From Octopus bimaculoides (lineage: Eukaryota), in contig NC_068990.1 of the NCBI RefSeq assembly GCF_001194135.2, positions 47,577,019-47,622,572 of the forward strand: a stretch of DNA of 45,554 nucleotides, written 5' to 3'. The notes under the pieces are model-generated. The model saw nothing but the letters and a program-made list of their open reading frames with translations. It did not search any database and had not been told where the DNA came from. Positions 10,411-21,469 of this stretch are shown in pieces (position 1 is the first letter of the stretch; every line of letters begins with the position of its first letter). The translations under genes and the position numbers were made by a program.

Positions 10411-11376
10411 CTTTTATTCTTTCACTTGTTTCAGTCATTTGACTGTGGCCATACTGGAACATCACCTTAAAGGGTTTTTAGTCGAACAAATCAACCCCAG
10501 GACTTATTCTTTGTAAGTCTAATATTCTACCAATCTCTTTTGCTGAACCACTAAGGTATGGGGATCTAAACACACCAACATCAGTTGTCAAGCAGGGGCG
10601 GGGGACAAACACAGACACAAAGATACACACAAAATCATCATTATCATCATCGTTTAATGTCTGTTTTCCATGCTGGCATGAGTTGGACGGTTCGACTGGG
10701 GTCTGGGAAGCCAGGAGGCTGCACCAGGCTCCAGTCTGATCTGGCAGTGTTTCTACAGCTGGATGCTGTTCCTAATACCAACCACTCCGAGAGTGTAGTA
10801 GGTGCTTTTTATGTGCCACCGGCACAGGAGCCAGAGGAGGCTAGCAACGACCACAATCAGTTGGTGCTTTTTACGTGCCACCGGCACGGAAGCCAGTCAA
10901 GGTGGCACTGGCATCAGCCACATTTGGATGGTGCTTTTTACGTGCCACTGGCATGGAGATCACAACTACAATTTCTATTTGATTTTGATGTACTTGACTC
11001 AATAGGTCTTGTCAAGCACAGCATGTTGCCCTACAATCCAAGGTACTTTTGAGTGGGCTGGGGCTGGTTATGTGACACTGTTGTTGGTTACAGCTGGAAC
11101 TCACTTTATTTGCCAGGTCTTCGCAGTCACAGCATATCTTCAGAAGTCTCGGTCTTTCATCATTGCCTCTGTAAGGCCCAACGTTCAAATATATATATAT
11201 ACATATATACAAACAACAGGATTCTTTCAGTTTCCACCTACCAAATCCACTCACAAAGTTTTGGTCGGCCCAAGGCTATAGTAGAAGACACATGCCCGAG
11301 CTGCCACACAGTGGGACTGAACCTGGAGTCATGTGGTTGAGAAGCAAGCTACTTACCACACAGCCATACCTGTGCC
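10411..11376 (-). mobile_element. tRNA-SINE family A (central microsatellite) interrupted by an RTE 3' fragment
   Basis: Tail half 10411-10630 and head half 11190-11376 match the copy at 17608-17959; RTE piece inserted in the central (CA/TA)n. Confidence 0.8.
10634..11187 (-). mobile_element. RTE LINE 3' fragment (ORF end + 3'UTR + (GAT)n tail)
   Basis: Reverse complement aligns with 37390-38004 (TTTGA..TTGGGCCT.ACAGAGGCAATGA through ...TTAAACGATGATGAT). Confidence 0.85.
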
Positions 11377-11644
11377 TAGTATAGTGGAAAATATTGTATT
11401 CAGTTTGAAATTCCAAGAATGTTACTGAAGAAAGATGGAAAGGGTTACAATGGCTAAAACATTATTACTATAATATGAGAACACATGTCTGAATATATCA
11501 GTGTATAATAATGAAACTGTCAGCTACATCTAGTAATTTATATCTGGCTCAGAGGTAAATTTACCTCCGTGGTACATATTTCAAGACTTAGAATTTAGTT
11601 ATGGTTCAGTACTGTATAAATGCTAAAGCAACCCTGTAACTTAT

Positions 11645-12027
11645 ATTTTTATCTTTTTACTTGTTTCAGTGACAAGGCTATAGCCATGCTGGGGCACCAC
11701 CTGGAAGGGTTTAGTTGAGCAAATTGACACCAGTATTTATTTTTAAGCTTAGTACTTATTGTATTAGTTTCTTTTGCCAAATCTCTAAGTTTTGGAGACA
11801 TAAACAAACTTAACATTGGTTTAGAGTAGAGTAGGGACAAACACACACACACACACACGTACATACAATGGACTTCCACACAGATTCCATCCACTAAATT
11901 CATTCATGAAATATTGGTTGGCCCAGGGTTACAGCAGAAGATACTGATCTAAAGTGCTGTGCTGTAGGACCGAACATAAAACCACATGATTGCAAAGTGT
12001 GCTTCTTTACCACACAACCATGCCTGT
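11645..12027 (-). mobile_element. tRNA-SINE family A, degenerate full-length
   Basis: Head (GGCATGGTTGTGTGGTAAAG...), central (CA)n, tail ...ACTGAAACAAGTAAAAAG on the minus strand. Confidence 0.75.
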
Positions 12028-12145
12028 ATCTGAATTTTTCATTCTCCTTTTGCCTTTATTTGAAATTTTTTCATTCATTTTTGGTTTTCATTCAAATTTA
12101 TATTCTACATTTTACTTTATTATTATTTTTTTGTATTTTTTCTAG

Positions 12146-12190
12146 ATTTATAAGTAATATTTGAAGAATTTTGATGGATTCAAATTTCCT
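12146..12190 (+). CDS. Candidate start-codon exon of the glutamate carrier (5'UTR + ATG at 12174)
   Basis: Long T-rich tract + tctAG acceptor, GTAAGT donor at 12191; ATG GAT TCA AAT TTC CT| is phase 2, as needed to join 35787 ([14 protein letters not shown]); in-frame TGA upstream of the ATG. Splice-signal inference only; would imply a 23.6-kb intron. Confidence 0.4.
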
Positions 12191-12399
12191 GTAAGTTTCA
12201 ATTTATTTTTTCTTTTGCCTTTAATTTCTTCCCATTTATTTATTTATTTTTTTTTCTAGTCACACAATCTTGAAGCTTGAAATGCTTTGCTGATAGTTGG
12301 GCCAGTTTATGATTTAAAAATACAGCATTTGTTTCCTATTGTGATGTTTTTGCAACAAAACAGTAGAATATTTTGTAACTCGTTTTCTCAACATGCCAG

Positions 12400-12612
12400 T
12401 GTAACATAAAAAGCACCTGTGCTGATGCCATGTATAAAGCACTTGTGCTCATGCTGCATAAAAAGTACCTAGTACACTCTGTAAAGTGATTGGCATTAAG
12501 AAGGGCATCCAGCCATAGAAATCATGTCAAAACAGACAATTGGAGTTTGGTGCACCTCTCTGGCCATCCAACTCATACCAGCATGGAAAATGGACATTAA
12601 ATGGTGATGAAT
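12400..12612 (+). mobile_element. RTE 3'UTR fragment
   Basis: AAAAGCACC...GGCATTAAGAAGGGCATCCAGC...CCAGCATGGAAAATGGACATTAAATGGTGATGA. Confidence 0.7.
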
Positions 12613-12815
12613 CTGTATCCTCTCTTTTCTTCTGCAGTTACTATACTAACTGTTATTTTGATCTTACTGCATTAATTCTCCACTTCCAGATAAATTTACT
12701 CATTACACCTATTTCTCTTCTCTTCAAACCTATGCTGTCTTTCCTACAAATTTAAAAGAAACTTTATCTGCAGTTCTTTATACAAGGACCACCAACAAAT
12801 TCTTTTCCTCATGTA

Positions 12816-12968
12816 CCTGTGTGGTAAGAAGTTTGTTTCCCAACCACATGATTCCAGGTTCAGTCTCACTGCATGGCATCTTGGGCTAGTGTCTTCTATT
12901 ATAGCCCCAGGCTAACCAAAGCCTTAAGAGTGGATTTGGTTGAGGGAAACTGAAAGCAGACTGTCATA
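12816..12968 (+). mobile_element. tRNA-SINE family A head
   Basis: TGTGTGGTAAGAAGTTTG...CAGGTTCAGTCTCACTG...CTTGGGCTAGTGTCTTC. Confidence 0.7.
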
Positions 12969-12972
12969 TATA

Positions 12973-13507
12973 CTGTAATGCCTCGATATATGAGTTAATT
13001 TACTCCCAGAGACCACTCATAAAGTAGAACAATAATTTCCCATAGTAGCAATCTTATAAATCATAATTCGATCCCAGGAAAATATTTTACCTATAAAATT
13101 TTTAATACTCATAAATAAATGACAATAAAACAACTGTAGAATGTATTTTATATAAAGTAAAAAGAATGTCAAAGTCATTTATAATAAAAAATATTATTAT
13201 TATCGTATTCTGAATCGCTTTCACTCACACTATTCTTCTGCACACCATCACTTGTAGACATGATCGCCAATTCACAAGTACTCCTAGATGGACTTGTAGA
13301 TTTCTTTTTAAAAAACAAGTCTAGCATTGTTTTCTTAGAAGAAGCTTTTTTTCACTCTCTATAAATTTCTTAGTAACACATAGAAGCATTTGTTATAGAA
13401 GTAGAGATTTTTACTCTTCATTCAAAACTTGGATCTTGTGCTTGAAAAATAAAACCCGTAAACCCAAGGTCTTGTAAAGCAGGTCCTCGTAAAGTGAAGT
13501 ATTACTG
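12973..13507 (-). mobile_element. Tigger/pogo internal-deletion derivative
   Basis: TA-CTGTAATGCCTCGATATATGAG versus CTCGTAAAGTGAAGTATTACTG are degenerate TIRs; minus strand carries a Tigger-like C-terminal remnant (Y*EIYRE*KKASSKKTMLDLFFKK). Confidence 0.65.
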
Positions 13508-14299
13508 TTTGTACGTGTGTGTGTGTTTTCTTTGTCTTGACTTCATGTGACAGTTACGAACAAGTGTCACTGTCATGCAAGCAGTGTCCTTTGTTTCCAA
13601 AATTCCATGGAAACATGTCTGGTCATGGGGAAGGAAACAGGTGAGGGTTGGTGACAATAAGGGCATTTGGATGTAGAAAATCTGCCTCAACAAAATTCCA
13701 TCCAGTCCATTGAGCATGAAAAAGTGGGTGCTAAAACAATGATGATGATGACACTAAGACCAATTCTATAAACCTCCCAAGTGAACTGGACCAATTTCAC
13801 TCATCAATTTCTCTCTGATTCAGTATCATTTCCTCCTGCTATGGGAAATGTTCTATCACTTCAGACAACAATATAGGAAATAAAATAAAATCCCAAACTT
13901 CAGTTATTCTACAGTGCTTTCCATTCTCTTTAACCACCTATTTTTTAAAAAATTTATTTTGCTTGTTCTTGCTTAAATACAATTAGCTTTAATCCATTTT
14001 CAAAATAAGAATTAGATGGCCATGGCTGGAATGCTTTTTATCATAAGTTTGCTCTGTCATAGCTGGCCAGGATATGAACAATAAGTTTGTAGATATGAAA
14101 AGCANNNNNNNNNNNNNNNNNNNNNNNNNNNNNNNNNNNNNNNNNNNNNNNNNNNNNNNNNNNNNNNNNNNNNNNNNNNNNNNNNNNNNNNNNNNNNNNN
14201 NNNNGTCGCCTGCACATGAGCCAGTCCAGGGGCACTGGCAACGATCTCGCTCGACGCACAATATATATGTATCTATATACATATATGTATATATATATG

Positions 14300-14346
<47 letters not shown>

Positions 14347-15344
14347 TTGCTTAGACTGCTAGAAATATTCTTGTATTAGAAATAGCGGTAGGTATGAATG
14401 CAGATCTACAGTGACTGGAGGAATACAAGCTGACTATGGTCTATTGTTTGTGTAACATAAATTTATGACTTTGGTACCTAGTTGTAGTTCATATAAAGAG
14501 TGTGACTTCTGCAAGGCCTGAACAAAATGCAGCATAAATAAAAAAAGGTATATGTTCATTTATAACACTGGACAACAAAGATTTTGCTACTGGGGTAAAA
14601 GCATATGTTTTAGACTAAATTGAGGATGCTGATTTTGTATCCACACTCAGAATTGTTCTAGCATGTCAGGATTTTGAGTTATGTGCATGCACAAAATTAT
14701 AGCCATACTTTCGGCTAGATATAGACCATATTATAAAATTTGCTAAAATGAAAGCAGTCTTAATTAAAAATTAAAGAAATAACAGCAATAAAACAAATGA
14801 TGAGAAAGTTCATTATTTAGTTTAGCAATGGATGGCACTGACATATTGTTTGCAAGTGCCAAATATGTCAGTTTGTTGGTAACTCTCAGTATTGTTTGCT
14901 CCACTGTCACATATGGTATGTGTATCTTTCATCTATTAAGGTTAATTAAGATTGTTACCTTGGGAGGGTTGCTATGCCAATAATAATAACACGCACACTG
15001 GTACAGTAACACTTCTTTATTGTTAGTCAGTTGGTTAGTCAACAAACCAACCAATTAATCAATTTTGCAACTACCTGGTTTTGTGTTCAGTCCCAGTGTG
15101 CAGCACCTTGGGCAAGGGTCTCCTACTATAGCCCCCAGGCCAACCAATACTTTGTGAGTCAATTTCGTAGATGGAAACTGTGTTGAAGCTCATCATCATC
15201 ATTTAACATCCATTTTCCATGATCATATGGGTTGGATGGTTTAAAGGAGCTGGCAACTCAGAAGACTGTGCCAAAATCTATTGTCTGTTTTGGCATGCTT
15301 TCTACAGCTTGATGCCCTTCCTAATGTCACCACCTTATATATAT

Positions 15345-15544
15345 TCATTTAGTTTTTCAGTCATTTTGACTGTAGCCATGCTGGAGCACTACCTTCAGTC
15401 GAACTAATTGACGCCTGGACTTATCCTTTGTAAGCCTAGTACTTATTCTATCGGTCTCTTTTGATGAAACACTAAGTTATGGGGACATAAACACACCAAC
15501 ATCGGTTGTCAAGCGATGATTGGAGGACAAACACAGACACACAA

Positions 15545-15588
<44 letters not shown>

Positions 15589-15950
15589 CAGGCTCCTTTC
15601 AGTTTCTGCCTACCAAATCCTCACAAGGCTTTGGTTGGTCCCAAGTCTATAGTAGAAGACACTTGCCCAAGGTGCCACGCAGTGGCACTGAACCCAGAAC
15701 CATGTGGCTGGGAAGCAAGCTTCTTATATATAAATCTTTTTACTTGTTTCAGTCATTAGACTACGGCTATGCTGGAGCACCTCCTCAAAGGGTTTTAGTG
15801 AATTGAATTGACCCCACTAGTTACATTTCTTGTAAGCTTAGTACTTATTCTATCAATCTCCTTTACAGGATGTATATAAACCAGCACCAGTTGTCCAGCA
15901 GTGGGGAGGGACAAATGTAGACACAAAGAGACACATGCGCACACACACAC
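15345..15950 (-). mobile_element. tRNA-SINE family A copy plus an adjacent tail-half copy
   Basis: 15345-15720 near full length with (TA)n core; 15735-15950 repeats the tail half. Confidence 0.8.
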
Positions 15951-16459
15951 ATGTATGTATATATACATGTATATAATTAATATTTTGGACTAACAGATAT
16001 AAGTCGATTAGAGTGTTAAAATGTTGACTAGTGCACCAGCACAGTTTAGGCTACCTGCTGTCAACTGCAGTTGTGATATACTTCTGTTAGATCTACTTCA
16101 GGAACTCTGCAGTGTCAGTTAGGGTGATTATATTAAGTAATGAGAAGATGGATTTGGTATTAAACTTAATTCTGTACAACATTCATTTTGACTCATCCTA
16201 CTATTGCCCTTTATGTGTGGGACTCCATTCAACATGTGTTGCATAGATTTTGCAGTCTGGGTTTCATCAGGTACATTGATAGATTAAGTTGTGTCTCACT
16301 AAAAATCTTGAGTGTCAGCTGCCATACTGTTATATACTCATCTAGTTAGGGAATTCCCTAACTGCCATGTTGTTATATGCCCATCTAAGGGCGATAGCAG
16401 GACAGGTCGAAATGGACATTGTACAGAATGAAGTTTAGTACCAAATCCATCTTCTCGTT

Positions 16460-16730
16460 ACTGCCTTGACTGGCTCCTGTGCCGGTGGCACGTAAAAAGC
16501 ACCTTCTGAACATGGCCGATGCCAGTGCCGCCTGACTGGCTCCCATGCCGGTGGCACATAAAAAGCACCCACTACACTCTCAGAGTGGTTGGCGTTAGAA
16601 AGGGCATCCAGCTGTAGAAACATTGCCAGATCAGATTGGACCCTGGTGCGGCCTCCTGGCTTGTCAGACCCCAATCAAACCATCCAACCCATGCCAGCAT
16701 GGAAAACGGACATTAAACGATAATGATGAT
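16460..16730 (+). mobile_element. RTE 3'UTR fragment with tandem GACTGGCTCC..GCCGGTGGCAC..AAAAAGCACC units
   Basis: Matches 37610-38004; ends ATTAAACGATAATGATGAT. Confidence 0.85.
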
Positions 16731-17491
16731 ATAGATATAGATATAGATAGGTATATACACACACAACAGGCTTCTTTCAGTTTTCATTTATCAAATGCAC
16801 TTACAAGGCTTTGGTTGGTCCAAGGCTATAGTAGATGACACTTACCCAAGATGACATGTGTTTGTATGTGTGTGTTTGCCCCTCCTCCACCATTTGACAA
16901 CTGGTGTTGGTTTGTTTCTGTTATTAGCAGTTCAGTAAATAAGAACTGATAGAATAAGTACCAAATTTAAAAAATATACATACGAGGGTTGATTTGTTCA
17001 ACTGAACTCTTCAAAGCAGTACTCCAGCATGGCTGCAGTCCAATGATTGAAATGGGTAAAAGATGAAAGACAACCATTTCAACTACATACATATTGTAGT
17101 GACAGTAGCAGGATATAAATAACCAAACAGCCACAGATTTGAATCATGTTTCTTCAAACTCTGTCTAATGATCAACAAATTCAAAATGTAGGATAATATC
17201 CTGGAAAGCAAAATATAAATAACATTTACTTTAGACTTCATCAGGTGAATAACTAAGTTATTTATGTTATATACATTGACTGAAAATTATTTTGGATTGT
17301 TAAATATGTGACAATGTGATGAAATAGTAACAAAGAGTTATTTTATTCTAAAATGGAAACCAACAAAATATTATATTTAGTAATGAATGCTGAAAGGAGA
17401 GCCAGTGAACTCTGGCATATACATATATTTCATTTTTAAAGTGGAGACCTTCCCAGAAATACTATTTGTTGACAGATCCTCTGTGGAAATG

Positions 17492-17526
<35 letters not shown>

Positions 17527-17607
17527 CGCACACAGAAACATGCACACATAAATATTTTTGTAACTTCCTGCTTAAAAATATGAAAGTAGTGTGTATGTAT
17601 TTATATA

Positions 17608-17959
17608 TATCTTTTACTTGTTTCCATTTATTTGACTGCAGCCATGCTGGAGCACCACCTTGGATATACTCTTTTACTCTTTTACTTGTTTCAGTCATTT
17701 GACTGTGGCCATGCTGGAGCACCACCTTTAGTCGAGCAAATCGACCCCAGGACTTATTCTTTGTAAGCCTAGTACTTATTCTATCGCTCTTTTGCCGAAC
17801 CGCTAAGTTACGGGGACGTAAACACACCAGAATCGGTTGTCAAGCGATGTTGGGGGGACAAACACAGACACGCAAACATATACACACACATACATATATA
17901 CACATATATACGACAGGCTTCTTTCAGTTTCCGTCTACCAAATCCACTCACAAGGCTTT
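17608..17959 (-). mobile_element. tRNA-SINE family A, young-looking copy truncated by a gap
   Basis: Retains CpGs (GCCGAACCGCTAAGTTACGGGGACGT); tail tandemly duplicated at 17608-17720; runs into N-gap 17960-18800. Confidence 0.85.
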
Positions 17960-18800
17960 NNNNNNNNNNNNNNNNNNNNNNNNNNNNNNNNNNNNNNNNN
18001 NNNNNNNNNNNNNNNNNNNNNNNNNNNNNNNNNNNNNNNNNNNNNNNNNNNNNNNNNNNNNNNNNNNNNNNNNNNNNNNNNNNNNNNNNNNNNNNNNNNN
18101 NNNNNNNNNNNNNNNNNNNNNNNNNNNNNNNNNNNNNNNNNNNNNNNNNNNNNNNNNNNNNNNNNNNNNNNNNNNNNNNNNNNNNNNNNNNNNNNNNNNN
18201 NNNNNNNNNNNNNNNNNNNNNNNNNNNNNNNNNNNNNNNNNNNNNNNNNNNNNNNNNNNNNNNNNNNNNNNNNNNNNNNNNNNNNNNNNNNNNNNNNNNN
18301 NNNNNNNNNNNNNNNNNNNNNNNNNNNNNNNNNNNNNNNNNNNNNNNNNNNNNNNNNNNNNNNNNNNNNNNNNNNNNNNNNNNNNNNNNNNNNNNNNNNN
18401 NNNNNNNNNNNNNNNNNNNNNNNNNNNNNNNNNNNNNNNNNNNNNNNNNNNNNNNNNNNNNNNNNNNNNNNNNNNNNNNNNNNNNNNNNNNNNNNNNNNN
18501 NNNNNNNNNNNNNNNNNNNNNNNNNNNNNNNNNNNNNNNNNNNNNNNNNNNNNNNNNNNNNNNNNNNNNNNNNNNNNNNNNNNNNNNNNNNNNNNNNNNN
18601 NNNNNNNNNNNNNNNNNNNNNNNNNNNNNNNNNNNNNNNNNNNNNNNNNNNNNNNNNNNNNNNNNNNNNNNNNNNNNNNNNNNNNNNNNNNNNNNNNNNN
18701 NNNNNNNNNNNNNNNNNNNNNNNNNNNNNNNNNNNNNNNNNNNNNNNNNNNNNNNNNNNNNNNNNNNNNNNNNNNNNNNNNNNNNNNNNNNNNNNNNNNT
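17960..18800. other. Assembly gap (other gaps: 2544-2649, 14105-14204, 21356-21365, 23588-23687, 26333-27200, 34108-34117)
   Basis: Runs of N; several are bordered by (TA)n microsatellites. Confidence 1.
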
Positions 18801-19360
18801 ATATTTAAGAATTTAAGGAATGGAGAAAACGCATGTTATAATTGCATACTTTATTCCTACATATGTTTCAAAGGATTACAACCTGTGTGATCCATAGGGA
18901 TCTTTGATATTAAAATTGTAACCTTCTCATCAGGGAAAGCATGGGAATCATCTTAAACGTAAGACATTATGACCGATTATCCTTAAAGACTCACTCGTAC
19001 CAGGGGGCATCCTGAACTCCAGGACTGAGATTTTCAGACCATGATTGCATTTTAAAAAATTTCTGCTGGCTTTTTGGAATCCACATGGCAGCACCACAGC
19101 CGGAAACCAATAGCCAAGGCCGAAGAGAGACAATCGTTTACCTTCATGGTGCCTTGGTGACTGCAAGATGGCAGTGTGGCCGAAGATTGATGGACAATGG
19201 CAAAGGGAGATAATCATCTAGGGTTTTACCCTTAAAAAAGAGGCTTTTCCCCCTCCATATTTTAAAGAGGTCTCAGGCCATCAGTGTTTGGGGTCTGAAG
19301 ATACGCCATAAGGCTAAACCCCTTATGAGTGAGAAACCCATAAACCAGCCTACCCTGCTA
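18801..19360 (-). mobile_element. Hammerhead-bearing element (probable PLE pseudo-LTR-type segment)
   Basis: GC-richer block ending in a hammerhead on the minus strand; 18801-18975 is homologous to 45138-45307. 5' limit approximate; 3' end abuts the gap. Confidence 0.6.
18845..18943 (-). ncRNA. Type I hammerhead ribozyme motif with extended helix II, intact core
   Basis: CATGCTTTCC-CTGATGA-GAAGGTTACAA...GATCC ctat GGATC...TTGTAATCCTTT-GAAAC-ATAT-GT-A-GGAATAAAGTATG. Helix II 11 bp, helix III the palindrome ACATATGT, NUH = GUA (18858), helix I 4 bp + bulge + 6 bp. Confidence 0.8.
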
Positions 19361-21203
19361 TAATATTAACTGCTCTACAAATGATCCTATATATCTATAT
19401 GTATATATATATATATATATATATTCACTAAAAGTTGCTGAGAATAGTTGTGGGATGTATCAGAAAATGTAAGTGTTGTAAAAGTTTCTGTCCAAAACAT
19501 TGCTCACTAACATATTTTAGGAATTAGTTAAGAATTTGCTGATAACTGAAAAATTGTTTATGCCCTAACACGCTCATTACATTTGCATCAGATAAAACAC
19601 CATATGTATGGGATACATTTAGAATATATTAATTATGAATATAATGACTTCTTATGAGATATGCAAATATAAACAACTCACTACTGTTGAAAAGGATCTA
19701 TTTAAAATAATAGTATACTAGTGATGGTAATGAGTGGTTTGCTTGGTTTTTTTTTTTTAAGTGGCTTTCCCAGCCTCTGACAAAATTAGCAAGAAAGTCT
19801 GAATGCAGTCTCTCCATCTGAAAGAACCAGCATCTAAATTTCCCTCACATCATCCTTACAATTTAGAAAGGGAAGGGACAGGAAAAGATACTTCAAATAC
19901 TGTAAGTCTAAATGCAACGGTATGAGAATAAGATTGGATAGTCTTAACTAGAATATCTTTGGTTTAGAGCCTGCTTAGATCTAAGCAACACCATCAAGAA
20001 GAATACATTTCAATGTTGTTACTTATCCAACTAGAAATAGTCACCAAAGGAGGTCCGAGGGATCCCCCAGGAGTCGATTTTCATGATGCAAACTGTGACT
20101 TGGTGATTGACAAGATTACACTAACTTTAGAAACCTTTTGCAGTTATACACATAGTTGTGAAATGTTGAGTTAAAGCTTAACACCCACATATTGCATTTC
20201 AGTGCCATGTGTTACTTCATTCCTACATACCTACCAACCTACCTACAGGCTTATAAGCAGGCATGTTCTGTCAGTAAAATATCCAGTGACGTGTTATAAG
20301 CAGTCAGTTTCTTATCATTTGCTTTTGTCTATCTTTATGTCTGTCCACTTTGTGTCTGTCTTTCTCTCTGCATCTGCCAATACCTGTCCTTACATTTTAT
20401 TCTCTCTCTCTCACGTCTGTTATCACTCTTTCTCTGCTTATCTTTATACTCCACCTTTCTCTTTCTCTCCAAAAGAGTTATCTATATTATGTGCAGTACA
20501 GTGTGAATCAGAAAATCTGAAATACAGTTCTGAGAGCTAAATATTTTTTTTTTAAATCACCCAACTCCCTTAAACATTTTAAATATAATCCATACATCAA
20601 AGAGAACAATGTTCAGCAGTAGGTCAGAAATGTTTAATTATTAATGATTTATACATATATAAAGGGGGAAGAGGGTTGTGTAGTTAATTTTTATTTTATT
20701 ATTTTACACTTTTTTCTTTCTATGTTTTGCTAACCCTGGTTAGTTATTCTAAATATCATTACCACTTGCATTAATATTCATTTTAATTATCAACATCATA
20801 TTATTAACATTATACAGCAGCAGAAATATCATAGATTGGTAGTGGTGGGGCTAATGGTTCAGTCAATAAAGAAATGAAATGGATGCACTACAGTATCTAG
20901 TTCAACACTATTCTATTTTAAGTATAATTCCTGCCAAGATTAACTTGGCCTTTTCTTTTATTCATCTGCAGAAAACAATATAAATAACATAAAATTCTGT
21001 AACTGATTCTGTTGACTATACTTCTCCTTCTTTGTAAAAAGTGAGTGTTCTGTCAAATATTATCAAAAATAGTGACTACCCTTAGATAATCCATGGGTAA
21101 CAAATATTCAGTTTCAAAGCTAATTATTTGTGGCAAGTTGTATTTAAGGAGATTAATTGAATGAAATACATGCTCTCTATATCATTTTATAAATTCAATA
21201 TAC

Positions 21204-21268
<65 letters not shown>

Positions 21269-21282
<14 letters not shown>

Positions 21283-21452
21283 AAAACTTACTTGGAGAAG
21301 GATGCGTGAGTTTCAGGTTAGAGCTGTGGCCATGCTGATGCACCGCCATTTTGCTNNNNNNNNNNTGTGTGTGTAGATAAAAACTTACTTGGAGAAGGAT
21401 GCGTGAGTTTCAGGTTAGAGCTGTGGCCATGCTGATGCACCGCCATTTTGCT
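21269..21452. other. Probable assembly artefact: same 87-bp sequence on both sides of a 10-N gap
   Basis: 21269-21355 and 21366-21452 are identical and separated only by 10 N. Confidence 0.8.
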
Positions 21453-21469
21453 ACACTGTTATTACTGAG

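Noticed and set aside
17837-18890. Long track ORFs of 323-361 aa here and at 26199-27287
   Set aside because: Composed of X from N-gaps plus microsatellite translation.
19286-19345. CTGAAGA...CATAAGG/CCTTATG hairpin...GAAAC as another hammerhead (plus strand)
   Set aside because: No helix I and no correctly placed NUH; helix II closing region irregular.
19972-19987. 16-bp palindrome TGCTTAGATCTAAGCA (and a 10-bp hairpin at 33420-33443)
   Set aside because: Short enough to be expected by chance in 45 kb of AT-rich DNA; no supporting context.
21269-21452. 87-bp tandem duplication as a biological repeat
   Set aside because: Identical copies directly flank a 10-N placeholder gap; most likely unmerged contig overlap.
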